DNA from: a virus
Strand: one strand, 5' to 3'
Virus record (IMG/VR): IMGVR_UViG_3300032893_000017
Coordinates: 1 to 64,000 of that record
Length of the DNA: 64,000 bases
Positions within the stretch are counted from its first letter, which is position 1; every line of letters begins with the position of its first letter. Below, piece by piece: positions 10,486 to 19,906 of this stretch. The notes beneath the pieces are model-generated. The model searched no databases, was not told the DNA's origin, and was given only the letters and a program-made list of their open reading frames with translations. The position numbers were made by a program, and so were the translations under genes.

Positions 10486-10968
10486 TTAACTTACTTCCAT
10501 GGGTTTCACATTCTTGCATCTCCATCTAGTTGCTTTTGTAGCTAGTGCATTAGCATCCAAAGTTGTTGCTTTTCCTCCACATTTACATCCTTGAAGAATA
10601 TAAAGTGTTTTTCCTGTTGCCAGGTCTATTACTTCAAATTCTGTCAATTTTGTGGTTAGTATAGTTGCTCTTTCTGGTGTTGGTAAAGCTCCTTCTATCT
10701 GTCCACCGGACAAAACAAAGGATCCAACATTAAAAGATGCTGTATAACCCATAGATTTAAAATCTCTATCCCCATGAAAACCTAGCGTCCTGATTCCTTG
10801 CAGCTCAAAATCTTCGTCCCAATCTATACCGGTTGCGTAGGCTATTATCTTTCCCTGAAAGCGAACTACTGCATCCAGACCTGCCATTACTGGTGTATCT
10901 GATGCATATTTAAACTTTCCAAAAAGTATTCCAATTATCAATTGAAAAAATATCTTTAAAAATTTCAT
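10486..10968 (-). CDS. tail tube protein
   Basis: Follows sheath; GKIIAYATGIDWDEDF...IRTLG pattern; strong AAGGAGG RBS. Confidence 0.75.
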   Translation of the reverse strand: MKFLKIFFQLIIGILFGKFKYASDTPVMAGLDAVVRFQGKIIAYATGIDWDEDFELQGIRTLGFHGDRDFKSMGYTASFNVGSFVLSGGQIEGALPTPERATILTTKLTEFEVIDLATGKTLYILQGCKCGGKATTLDANALATKATRWRCKNVKPMEVS

Positions 10969-10995
10969 CTTTACCTCCTTTCTATATTAAAGACT

Positions 10996-12993
10996 TTATG
11001 ATGGTATTTGTCCAATTACCACAAAGTTTGCTGTGGTAAGTATAAAGTTGATTGTAATTACTATGGTTGCTTCATAAGTTATTTTGAAAACATCTCCAGT
11101 AATAGTGAATTGAACATTCCTGTAAGCATTTCCAAATTGAGGATCTACTACAAAATATCCTTGTTCTACATAATAATCAAGTCTTGAAATTGCTGCATTC
11201 TTTAAGCTTTCTAATGCAGTTGCATCTCCGGGTTCCCCTATTCTTGATTCTACATATTGTCTATGATCCTTTGTTATGAACAATGACAGTCTTACTCCCT
11301 GCCATTCGTTTAATATTAGATCTGCTGTTTGGTATGTTGTTATTGCTCTTACTGTTCTTATTCCTCCTTGATTTGAGGATTCTGCTACCATTACTCCTGC
11401 TCTTATAAATGCTATCTTTTCTGGTGGAGTATATTTTCTTGTTGCTTTAATTGCATTTATCATTTTGTTTGTTGGAGAGAATGTTACCAAATTACCTGCT
11501 GCCATTCCTAAAATCTCGCAAGCCTTATAGTAAGCATCCCATGTTTGAAGAATTCCATTTTTGTCATACCTTTGGATTCCTGTACCACAATATCCTGCTA
11601 ATGAATTGTTTATTGCTTGTGCATTTGATTTTATTGTATCATCTGGATCTGTTAATCCACACCCAAAACATGCTTGTCTTTCATTTCTTCCTATTATACC
11701 TGACATATAGGTACAATGTGCTGATACAGCTGATTGAATTCCTAAATCACTTGTCATAACTCCTAGTAATGAAAGATCTACTGCCATACATATTTGATCT
11801 AATGCATCTTGGTAATCTTGTGTTACTGGAGTATTTCCTTCCACTCCTCCTGTTAAGAAAACATAATCAGCATCTGCTGTTGGAAGTCTTCTTACTGCTG
11901 CTGTATGTAAAGTAGCAACTAGGATTGAGGAATTAGCATTTATTTGATCTATAATTTCTTGCAGTGTTGCACATATTGTCTTTTGAGTTTTGATACTTAA
12001 TGCATCTGCTACTAGAATTTTATCTAGTTTTGAAACTAATTTTGTACCGTCGCCTATAAGTGCAACAGAATATTTTGTAAGTGTTTGTAGATAAGCTACC
12101 AAGTTTCCTACTGTATCATATCCAGTTAAATCTACTCCTATATTGTCTGCTGGAGTATCTGCTGAAGACATTGTCAACATTCCACTCTTGAAAAAGAAAG
12201 TCTTGCCTGAATTAGCATTCGTTATATGTTGATCTATTGTAATACTGGTATCTGTTACTATAGAAACAACTACACCAACAACAGGTCCAGTTATGTCTGC
12301 TGTTCCTCCTGCATATAATACCATTCCTGGTACTATTCCAGTGGTACTTGTTGTAGTTATTGTAGGAGAATCTCCACTGTTAGCTCCTGTTATTGTTACC
12401 AATACTTGAGTGCCTGGATCTAAAGCTACAACACAAGCAGCACCATTACCCGTATATTGTATTGAAAACATCTGATCAATAATGTCGTCAATAGTAATTG
12501 TAGTATCTTCTATTTTTGCTACTACTTTATAGCTGTTAGCAACATTTGTTCCTGCTGATATTTTTGTCCTGATTTGATTTGTATACAACCCATAATCTTT
12601 AGATTTAATATCTAAAACTGCTGCTGATTCTGTGTTAAGAACAGTCCTTGATGACTGTGTTGCCTTGTTGACTCTTATAACCCCTACCTGTGAAGGTCCA
12701 TTTACACCTTCTTGATTGGATGGAGTAAGAGCAAATAATGCTCCATAGTAAGCAGGTCCATCTCTAAGAATTGCATTTAATTCTAGAGTATTACTTACCC
12801 AATTTATTCTATCCTCTGGGTTTGGATAATCTGTTGTTGCATTGAATGGAATACCTGCTCTGCATTCCCCTATCAATACTATACCTGAACTTGTTGCTCC
12901 TCCAGTTGCATTTCCTTTGGTATTACGCTTAGAATAGGCGCCTGGAATATATAGATCTTGTCCTTCCCATGAGACTGCTAATACACCTGACAT
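10996..12993 (-). CDS. tail sheath protein
   Basis: YIPGAYS N-terminus, KDYGLYTNQI, LTGGVEG, VRAITTY motifs. Confidence 0.9.
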   Translation of the reverse strand: MSGVLAVSWEGQDLYIPGAYSKRNTKGNATGGATSSGIVLIGECRAGIPFNATTDYPNPEDRINWVSNTLELNAILRDGPAYYGALFALTPSNQEGVNGPSQVGVIRVNKATQSSRTVLNTESAAVLDIKSKDYGLYTNQIRTKISAGTNVANSYKVVAKIEDTTITIDDIIDQMFSIQYTGNGAACVVALDPGTQVLVTITGANSGDSPTITTTSTTGIVPGMVLYAGGTADITGPVVGVVVSIVTDTSITIDQHITNANSGKTFFFKSGMLTMSSADTPADNIGVDLTGYDTVGNLVAYLQTLTKYSVALIGDGTKLVSKLDKILVADALSIKTQKTICATLQEIIDQINANSSILVATLHTAAVRRLPTADADYVFLTGGVEGNTPVTQDYQDALDQICMAVDLSLLGVMTSDLGIQSAVSAHCTYMSGIIGRNERQACFGCGLTDPDDTIKSNAQAINNSLAGYCGTGIQRYDKNGILQTWDAYYKACEILGMAAGNLVTFSPTNKMINAIKATRKYTPPEKIAFIRAGVMVAESSNQGGIRTVRAITTYQTADLILNEWQGVRLSLFITKDHRQYVESRIGEPGDATALESLKNAAISRLDYYVEQGYFVVDPQFGNAYRNVQFTITGDVFKITYEATIVITINFILTTANFVVIGQIPS

Positions 12994-13005
12994 TTTTTAC
13001 CTCCT

Positions 13006-13278
13006 TTATTTGTTAATTGGTCTTGTCAAATATGTTTGAAGAAGTTGTTCCCAATTAGAAATTGTTCTTTTTTCTGCTGGGTCGTTCTTCTGCATGTGAA
13101 TATGCCATGCTTTAAATCCGGCTCTCATTGATACACTGGATTTTGTTTTTGCATTTTCTTCCAGAAATGTTTCCATCATATATTTAGTTTCTGGTTTCAA
13201 CTGTATAACTGGTTCTTGTTTTACTTCCTCTTTAGGATTTATATCCACAGAGGAGTTATCTAAATCTTTCTTTGCCAT
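13006..13278 (-). CDS. hypothetical protein (neck/tail module)
   Basis: ORF with RBS in the structural operon. Confidence 0.6.
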   Translation of the reverse strand: MAKKDLDNSSVDINPKEEVKQEPVIQLKPETKYMMETFLEENAKTKSSVSMRAGFKAWHIHMQKNDPAEKRTISNWEQLLQTYLTRPINK

Positions 13279-13279
13279 T

Positions 13280-14050
13280 CTATCCTCCTATTGACTTAAA
13301 AATTGGTTTTGATTCTGGATAAGGAGACTTTATAGACTCCTCTACAGATTTTATTGTATCCAAAGAATCGTCTACAATTATTTGATGATGGGTGTTGATG
13401 AAAGTAATTGTGAATTCTCCTCCATAGAGTGTGGTATTGAATTCAAAATTATAAATCGCTCCTGTTCCCTTTATTTTTAGATTCTTTACTCCATCTTTTG
13501 ATATATCATGTTTGATTCTTTTTAATAGATCTCTTACTACCACATAAAGTATTCTTGTAATCTCCCAATGATCTGACCAAATACTTATTGCTAATTGAAC
13601 GTCTTCTAAGTAAGACATTTTCTTACTCCAAAGCTTGTCTGTTCCTTTAGCTGTTTTCATTGCTTGGAGATTTGTTAAGTTTGTTTTTGATAAAATACTT
13701 CCTTGAGAAAACCTGTTTTTTATATCTATTGCTGATTCATTGTTTATAAAATCCTGTGTAATTTCTTCATTTCTATTTCCTGAACCCAAGAATTGCTGTC
13801 CTGCCTCGTCATCACTTGTAAGTTCTACACCTATTGCTGGCAATATAGAAGTATAGTTTCCTTGTTCATCTGCATTAAGCATATTACCATATTCTAGAGC
13901 TAAAGGATGGCAATTTTGAATGGAGGGAATATCCCCCATATAGTTATTGGTTAATTCAGATAATCCATATTCAGCAATATGGTCTACCATATACTTGATG
14001 AAGTAATTGATTTCTTCCACTGCGAATTTTACAATAGGAATTGTTGCCAT
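13280..14050 (-). CDS. putative tail terminator / neck protein
   Basis: LPAIGVEL...QLAISIWS pattern; position upstream of sheath. Confidence 0.55.
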   Translation of the reverse strand: MATIPIVKFAVEEINYFIKYMVDHIAEYGLSELTNNYMGDIPSIQNCHPLALEYGNMLNADEQGNYTSILPAIGVELTSDDEAGQQFLGSGNRNEEITQDFINNESAIDIKNRFSQGSILSKTNLTNLQAMKTAKGTDKLWSKKMSYLEDVQLAISIWSDHWEITRILYVVVRDLLKRIKHDISKDGVKNLKIKGTGAIYNFEFNTTLYGGEFTITFINTHHQIIVDDSLDTIKSVEESIKSPYPESKPIFKSIGG

Positions 14051-14802
14051 TATCCTGCCTCTTTCATCAATCTTTTTAAACCTACTTCTATTGTTTCTAT
14101 AGAAACTTTCTTTACTCTTCCAGGTATCATTTGTCCAACTGATGGATATATTTCTACAGCTTTAGAGCCTGGGTAAAACCATCCTTTACTTCTTTGAGTT
14201 ACTACTCTAAACGTTCCGTATCCACCAAACTTGGATTTTCCTAGTCCTTCATAATGCCCTGCTAAAATATCTTGCTTTTCTTTCTTTGTTGTATTTTTAT
14301 CTGGTTTTATATTTTGTGTATTTATTAGGAATTTACCTATTGGAAGCTGTTTTACCTTTGCATATAGTACACTGGGTATAGGAGTTCCCATGTGCTGAGT
14401 TCCTGGAGTTCCTTTTCTCATAAATATTACTCTATATAGTTCTCCAGTCTCTTCATTCCTTTTTGCTCCCTTTCCTAACAATCCACCTTTAGGTCCTTTA
14501 TTTTGTTTCATGTCAAATCTTTTAATTCCTTTTTCTATCCAAAAAGCATATTTAGAATCAGTAAATATCTCTGATGTTAATTCTGCTCCTTTTGCATCTC
14601 TTATTTGTATTGAACTTGCATATTGTCTTTTCCATCCCATTTTAGCATTAGACTTCAAAATCTGTTGCATCCATACTGATCTGATGTCATTACTTAAAGC
14701 TCTTAATAGAAATCTGGCATATAATTTAAAATTTTGTGGAGACATCTTTTTAAACATCTTATCTAGCTCTTTACTATCTTGTGATAGTTTATATAGCATC
14801 AT
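14050..14802 (-). CDS. putative neck / tail completion protein
   Basis: YASSI...YAFWIEKG..RFDMK...Y.TFRVV...GW.YPG, typical of large-myovirus neck proteins. Confidence 0.6.
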   Translation of the reverse strand: MMLYKLSQDSKELDKMFKKMSPQNFKLYARFLLRALSNDIRSVWMQQILKSNAKMGWKRQYASSIQIRDAKGAELTSEIFTDSKYAFWIEKGIKRFDMKQNKGPKGGLLGKGAKRNEETGELYRVIFMRKGTPGTQHMGTPIPSVLYAKVKQLPIGKFLINTQNIKPDKNTTKKEKQDILAGHYEGLGKSKFGGYGTFRVVTQRSKGWFYPGSKAVEIYPSVGQMIPGRVKKVSIETIEVGLKRLMKEAG

Positions 14803-14811
14803 TTTCTATTC

Positions 14812-16284
14812 CTATGGATTTATTTCTAAATCCTTTAAAGTTAATTTGTTACATAAACGAGCATAAGCTCTAAAAGGATAACGACGATTTCCTACATTGA
14901 CATTTTGAGTCTCTGCTCTGTATATCATGTAAGTAGGACGATATAAATAATTCACTCCATATTTCTTTCCTGCTGCTGGTTTTGTATTTGTTGTCCATAC
15001 CAAATTATTGTATTCTCTCAATTCAAATTGGGTAGGAGTATAAACATTACCGTCTTCATCTTCTATCTTGTCTACAATTTCTGTTACATCAAAAGCAGGA
15101 AGTTCATCAAAATCTGCACGTCCTCGAATAATAAGTGCTTGTCCTTTTAAGATAGTGGACATTACACTAAACAAATCTCCTCTAGATACAAACATAGAAC
15201 CTAGAAGAGTTAACATAACATCACCTATCTTAATATCCTCTGCCATCTTTTCTAAAGGATTGTCCAACTTTACTCTTGCTACCATAGCAAGAACTGGTTT
15301 GACATATATATAATCTACTTCCAATACATCAGTAATAAGAGGAGGGGTTTCTGTAGCCTTTAGATTCTTAACTGTTTTGATGTCTAAATTATCTCCGGAA
15401 GTTATTGCATTCAGCTTTGTTGTCAATATCCCTGTAGCACCTAATAATGTTGCTGAATAAGAAGAAATCGTGTTAATGTAATTTACAAGATCTCCTATTG
15501 TCATGTAACCAGACAAAGTAATATTTAAATTCTCCCCTCCAGGTCCTCCCATCACAGTTGTAGCAAGGCTTCCAACTGGGTTTATAGTTAAATTGCAGGC
15601 TGTTCCTGTTCCTGTATATTGTATTGAAAGAACATTTCCTAAATCACTTTGTATTGCTATAAGACTTTTATTAAAATAATCTAATGTATAAGTAAGATCT
15701 TGAGTTTTATTATATATTCTAGAAACAGAAATTATATCCCCGTAGATTTGTAAGGGGTTTGATGTTTCTTTTGTTGTATCTATTTCTGATGCTAGAGTAT
15801 ATAATAAGTAATCCAATCCCAGGTGCATTGAATTTTCATTTGTTACCTGTTCACTGTTCTGATATTTATAGGTTACTTTTAATGGTTCAAAATAATGTGC
15901 TAATTTTCCATTGTCTACAAGTTTAATTGAATTACTGCTGATTGCTTCCACATCATAGAAAACATTTCCTCCATAAGCTGGAGCCAAAAACTTCTGAACT
16001 TTTTCTACTGATGAAACAGGAACCCAATAAGGGTATACATAACCATCATCATAGTGCGGTGAATTTTCTTCCAATACTTGTATATCACTCTGGAAGAAAG
16101 TCCTGTAGCCCTTGCCTTTGCAAAGACTACAGAACAAATCTGCTTTACCATTTTTAATGCAGGCACATTTTCTAGCATGAAGCAATCTTACAAACTGTCC
16201 TTGACGATTGAGGGTTTGTTCATGTAGATCAGGACGTCCTCTGATGATTATAGCATCTGTTCCTGCATTCCTGTTAGTAGCCAT
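14812..16284 (-). CDS. putative head-closure/neck protein with CxC..CxxCxGxG zinc finger and internal sheath-like domain
   Basis: CACIKNG...CSLCKGKGY; internal segment aligns with the sheath of this phage. Confidence 0.6.
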   Translation of the reverse strand: MATNRNAGTDAIIIRGRPDLHEQTLNRQGQFVRLLHARKCACIKNGKADLFCSLCKGKGYRTFFQSDIQVLEENSPHYDDGYVYPYWVPVSSVEKVQKFLAPAYGGNVFYDVEAISSNSIKLVDNGKLAHYFEPLKVTYKYQNSEQVTNENSMHLGLDYLLYTLASEIDTTKETSNPLQIYGDIISVSRIYNKTQDLTYTLDYFNKSLIAIQSDLGNVLSIQYTGTGTACNLTINPVGSLATTVMGGPGGENLNITLSGYMTIGDLVNYINTISSYSATLLGATGILTTKLNAITSGDNLDIKTVKNLKATETPPLITDVLEVDYIYVKPVLAMVARVKLDNPLEKMAEDIKIGDVMLTLLGSMFVSRGDLFSVMSTILKGQALIIRGRADFDELPAFDVTEIVDKIEDEDGNVYTPTQFELREYNNLVWTTNTKPAAGKKYGVNYLYRPTYMIYRAETQNVNVGNRRYPFRAYARLCNKLTLKDLEINP

Positions 16285-16296
16285 TCAATAACTCCT

Positions 16297-16358
16297 TTAA
16301 ATAAGTGGGGGAATTTCTTCCCCCTACTCCTGAGACATGGAAAGAAAACCAAGGAGCT
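16297..16358 (-). terminator. double hairpin, probable terminator
   Basis: On the minus strand, a GCUCCU/AGGAGU hairpin is followed by GGGGGAA-GAAA-UUCCCCC and then ACUUAUUU. Confidence 0.5.
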
Positions 16359-16364
16359 ATGAAA

Positions 16365-16814
16365 CTATCGCTTTACAGCTAATATTGTCACGAGAGCAAT
16401 AGTATTACCTATTGTATCTCCTGCACATACTATTTCTAAAGTACCACCTTTAGCAATAGAAGAATATGCATTATCAATTGTTCCTGCTCTAGCCATTGTT
16501 TTATCAGTAGCACAGGTTATTGCATTTGTGATGTCATTTGTTCCATCAGTTATCTTTATGGTACCATTTGTTGAAGCACCTCTTGGTTGTATAATAACAT
16601 CAACAACTTCAAATGCATAAGGGGCTGCTGCATCAAATATTTTTATTGCAGCTGCACCTATAGTAACGTCATAAACAAAAGCTACTGGAATTGCTTTATA
16701 GTCTGTTGCTATACCAACCATTCTTGATTCTAATACTGCATTTGGAACGTTTTTTGGATCCACGATTCCTAAATTAGGACCTGGGTTGTTTAAATCATAA
16801 GTTGATTCACTCAT
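16365..16814 (-). CDS. hypothetical virion (decoration-like) protein
   Basis: Beta-rich, A/T/G-rich protein within the head-neck module. Confidence 0.5.
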   Translation of the reverse strand: MSESTYDLNNPGPNLGIVDPKNVPNAVLESRMVGIATDYKAIPVAFVYDVTIGAAAIKIFDAAAPYAFEVVDVIIQPRGASTNGTIKITDGTNDITNAITCATDKTMARAGTIDNAYSSIAKGGTLEIVCAGDTIGNTIALVTILAVKR

Positions 16815-17031
16815 TTAATCCTCCTTCTTTATTTTGTGAAGCTTCTGCTTCTAATCCAGATTTTACATCTGAATTTATTTGTTCTTTGAAATTCTCTTTT
16901 TCTTCTTTTGAAGCTTCTACTTTCAATAAAGGCTCTTCTAGAATCAATTCGAATTTCGTTGAATTACATTTTTCACATATATCATGTGTATCTGGTTGAA
17001 CTGTCATACAATTAAGACATTTTTTATTCAT
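16807..17031 (-). CDS. small zinc-ribbon protein
   Basis: CxxC...CxxC followed by an acidic tail. Confidence 0.55.
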   Translation of the reverse strand: MNKKCLNCMTVQPDTHDICEKCNSTKFELILEEPLLKVEASKEEKENFKEQINSDVKSGLEAEASQNKEGGLNE

Positions 17032-17042
17032 ATACTTTCCTT

Positions 17043-18044
17043 TTATTCTCTTGTGATCAATCCACCTTCTGAATAGTTTCTGCTCATCAATACAGTTGTT
17101 GGTACCTTTGCCTTTGCTTTTGCTGCTCCATAACCTGTAGATGTACCTGTATCAGCAAAGTTATTTCCTTCAAGTGTTCCAATACAACCTGTAAGATCTG
17201 CAAACCTTACAACAGAACCTGCTCCAATTGCTGGGAATGCTGTAAATGAATTATTTCTAATAATTACACCATTCATTCCACTACCTCCAGCAAGATATAA
17301 ATTACAATCTACACTTGCTGCTGGACCTGAAAAGATATTATCTTCTATAATAACATCTTGTGGTACTGAACCTCCAGTCCCTAACAACACAATATCCCCT
17401 ACATTTTTGTAGAATCTATTTCCTTGTATAAGAACCTGCCAAGCATTTCCCTGTGCTGACCACATAATTGCTCCACCTGTTCTTGCATCTGTTGCTGTTG
17501 TTCCTTTACAATTCTTAAAATGGTTGTTGACAATTGTAGTTCCAAATGCTACTTTGGTAGAACCATCATCGTCTAAAAGGATTCCTCCTCCGGTCGAACC
17601 TGCACCATTAAATCCTAAATTAGCTATTAGACAACCCGGTGCCCTTACTGTAAGTAATGGAGAACTTCCGGATCCTTTTTTAATTTCAGGTAATCCACCT
17701 TGAGTCCTACCCTTGTTATCTCCTATCAATGCTAATCCAAATTTTGCTGCTGGGATAATAAGGTTCTCTGCATAATCTACTGGGTCTGTTCCTCCTGCTG
17801 CTACAGTTGCTGCTTTAATAATAATAACATCTCTTGCACTAGCTGCATTTATTGCTGCTTGTATTGTAGCAAAAGGACTTAAAGCATCTCCTGCATTTGT
17901 ATCTGATCCATTTGTTTTATCTACATACCACTTGGTTACAAATAAACCAACTAGATTATTGTTTACTTGATCTATCCAGCTTCCAAGTTGTTCCAGCTTT
18001 AATGCAGGACAGCAATTATTTAATGATTTTAAAGTATCATTCAT
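17043..18044 (-). CDS. parallel beta-helix (pectin-lyase-like, DUF1565-type) virion protein
   Basis: WYVD..NGSDTNAG...SPFATIQAAINAA motif and repeated xxIxxNxF rungs. Confidence 0.75.
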   Translation of the reverse strand: MNDTLKSLNNCCPALKLEQLGSWIDQVNNNLVGLFVTKWYVDKTNGSDTNAGDALSPFATIQAAINAASARDVIIIKAATVAAGGTDPVDYAENLIIPAAKFGLALIGDNKGRTQGGLPEIKKGSGSSPLLTVRAPGCLIANLGFNGAGSTGGGILLDDDGSTKVAFGTTIVNNHFKNCKGTTATDARTGGAIMWSAQGNAWQVLIQGNRFYKNVGDIVLLGTGGSVPQDVIIEDNIFSGPAASVDCNLYLAGGSGMNGVIIRNNSFTAFPAIGAGSVVRFADLTGCIGTLEGNNFADTGTSTGYGAAKAKAKVPTTVLMSRNYSEGGLITRE

Positions 18045-18086
18045 TTATTTATCCTCCTTTATTATATATTAATATGAATCAACGAT

Positions 18087-18329
18087 TCAATTTTTATTCT
18101 TTTTTTTCTCTTCCTTTAATTTCTTTAATCTTGCTTCTGCTTTTTTCTTTTCATCTTCTGATCCATGATGTTGTAAATCAGTTAATTTTCCCAGATCTGT
18201 TTCTTTATAGATATATTTGTTTCCTTCCTTGCGAAGATACTTATGACTTCTTGCTTTTAGCATTCCTTGATCATCTAATCCAAAAGACTTGAAGAAGTTG
18301 TTATCTTCATTTAAAAATGGCTGTTCCAT
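18087..18329 (-). CDS. small HKY-tag protein, paralog of 37600..37929
   Basis: N-terminal ~43 aa are highly similar to those of 37600..37929. Confidence 0.7.
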   Translation of the reverse strand: MEQPFLNEDNNFFKSFGLDDQGMLKARSHKYLRKEGNKYIYKETDLGKLTDLQHHGSEDEKKKAEARLKKLKEEKKKNKN

Positions 18330-18339
18330 TAAAAACCTC

Positions 18340-19542
18340 CTAAAATGCTGCTAATTGCAACCCACTGTATTTCCATCTATTAGCTTTCATAAAGTCTGAA
18401 ACTATTTTTTGGTGATTGCGAACTTCACTCCCGTAAAAAATGTTCTCGGGCGACATGGTGGTACTATAGCTCTCCGTTATCCCCTCCATGCTTATACTCT
18501 GACTTGCTATTCCGCTTGCTCTTCCTATACTAGCATACAGTAATGCCTGAATTGCTGTTATTGAACCTATAATAGCAAACAGCTCTGGATATTTCTTTCT
18601 CATGTGTAAAACAGAATCTAACCCAGCATCATAATCTATGTAAAAAGCATCCGGATATTTTTCTGTTTGATTAATAAAATTTCCCATTACAAACCAACTG
18701 GATTGCAAGAACATCATGTTTAGATTTCCATATTGAGGAAAGAATTCAACACTTCCTCTTTCGTAATTAGGTTTACACCATGTAGTTATGTCTGCTACTG
18801 TATTGTTTAATGGATCTCTAAATATTACTTGATATACTTTGTTTATAGGTCTGTTTCTTAACTTGATGTACATGAATTTATTATTAAAGATTTCTCTATC
18901 AAAATCATAAGGTTCGTCATATTCATAATCTATTCCCGGAGTTCCTGATATTTCTGGTCTACTGTCCATATTGGGTCCTCTAGCAATAAACTTCTTTTTT
19001 ATGAGTTTGATATTTAATTCTCTTTCAACTAATCCCACTGCATTATCTATCATAACCTGTAATGCATCATCTTGTAATGCTTCTCCATTTGGAGCTACTA
19101 TTGGATTACCAAATATATAAATTAGTCTTACTTCGTCTGGTGTTATTATATTTCCCCATCCTCCATTATAGTCTAAGTCTGGATTGTTGAAACTAAAACC
19201 TTTCTTCTTTCTTACTACTCCCTCGTCTACAGCAAGTCTTACTTTTGTAGAATTATATTCTATCTGTGTTATTCCATCCCAATCTATGTAGATTTGTTTA
19301 TCATAGTATGTTTTTGGAAGTGTTACTGCATCCATTATAGCTTGATATTCACCTGTGCTTATTCTTATTATATCTGCTGGTAGAATAGTTTGAACAATAT
19401 TAGCAGATAAATTGATTCTAGGATCATCATCGTATATTTCTATTTTTGTCCAGCTAGAAACATCTATAGGATTTCCATTACTGAAGAATGTATATGTGAA
19501 TAAAATATCTTCATTTATTATCGCATAGTTTCTAGACTTCAA
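18340..19542 (-). CDS. putative head-tail adaptor/connector
   Basis: IDNAVGLVERELNI...IDYDAG...SQSISMEGITESYS pattern; downstream of the capsid gene. Confidence 0.65.
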   Translation of the reverse strand: MKSRNYAIINEDILFTYTFFSNGNPIDVSSWTKIEIYDDDPRINLSANIVQTILPADIIRISTGEYQAIMDAVTLPKTYYDKQIYIDWDGITQIEYNSTKVRLAVDEGVVRKKKGFSFNNPDLDYNGGWGNIITPDEVRLIYIFGNPIVAPNGEALQDDALQVMIDNAVGLVERELNIKLIKKKFIARGPNMDSRPEISGTPGIDYEYDEPYDFDREIFNNKFMYIKLRNRPINKVYQVIFRDPLNNTVADITTWCKPNYERGSVEFFPQYGNLNMMFLQSSWFVMGNFINQTEKYPDAFYIDYDAGLDSVLHMRKKYPELFAIIGSITAIQALLYASIGRASGIASQSISMEGITESYSTTMSPENIFYGSEVRNHQKIVSDFMKANRWKYSGLQLAAF

Positions 19543-19551
19543 TGTTAGCTC

Positions 19552-19842
19552 CTATAACCAGAAATATGTGACATAAGCAGTTGCACTAGCTGATAATTGA
19601 AATCCTCCATCTACTCTAATAGGAGTATAAAAGGAAATTGAACTAGGTACTACCATAATTGCACTTCCATCTTTGTCAGCTAGGGTAACAGTGGTTCCTA
19701 TAATAGAAGTTATAAAAAAACTACTTTCAGCATTTCCACTGTCTTTTACCGTTAATGAAGTACCTGATAATGTGTTTTGACGATTTACACTTGCTTGCTG
19801 AATGTCTTGTGGTGATATATTTCTTCTTTGTGTTTGACTCAT
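19552..19842 (-). CDS. hypothetical virion protein
   Basis: ORF after the capsid gene, with RBS. Confidence 0.55.
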   Translation of the reverse strand: MSQTQRRNISPQDIQQASVNRQNTLSGTSLTVKDSGNAESSFFITSIIGTTVTLADKDGSAIMVVPSSISFYTPIRVDGGFQLSASATAYVTYFWL

Positions 19843-19862
19843 TGTTAGTTCCTTATTTTAAT

Positions 19863-19893
19863 ATAACAGGGAGAATTTTTAACTCCCTGTTAT
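19863..19893 (-). terminator. hairpin after major capsid gene
   Basis: 11-bp inverted repeat ataacagggag / ctccctgttat; weak U-tract. Confidence 0.5.
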
Positions 19894-19906
19894 TAAATAT
19901 AAAATC

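Noticed and set aside
10900-10915. Prp (L27-type LQFFA) cleavage site in the tube leader
   Set aside because: FKYA-S resembles it only loosely; there is no LQ, so it is not called.
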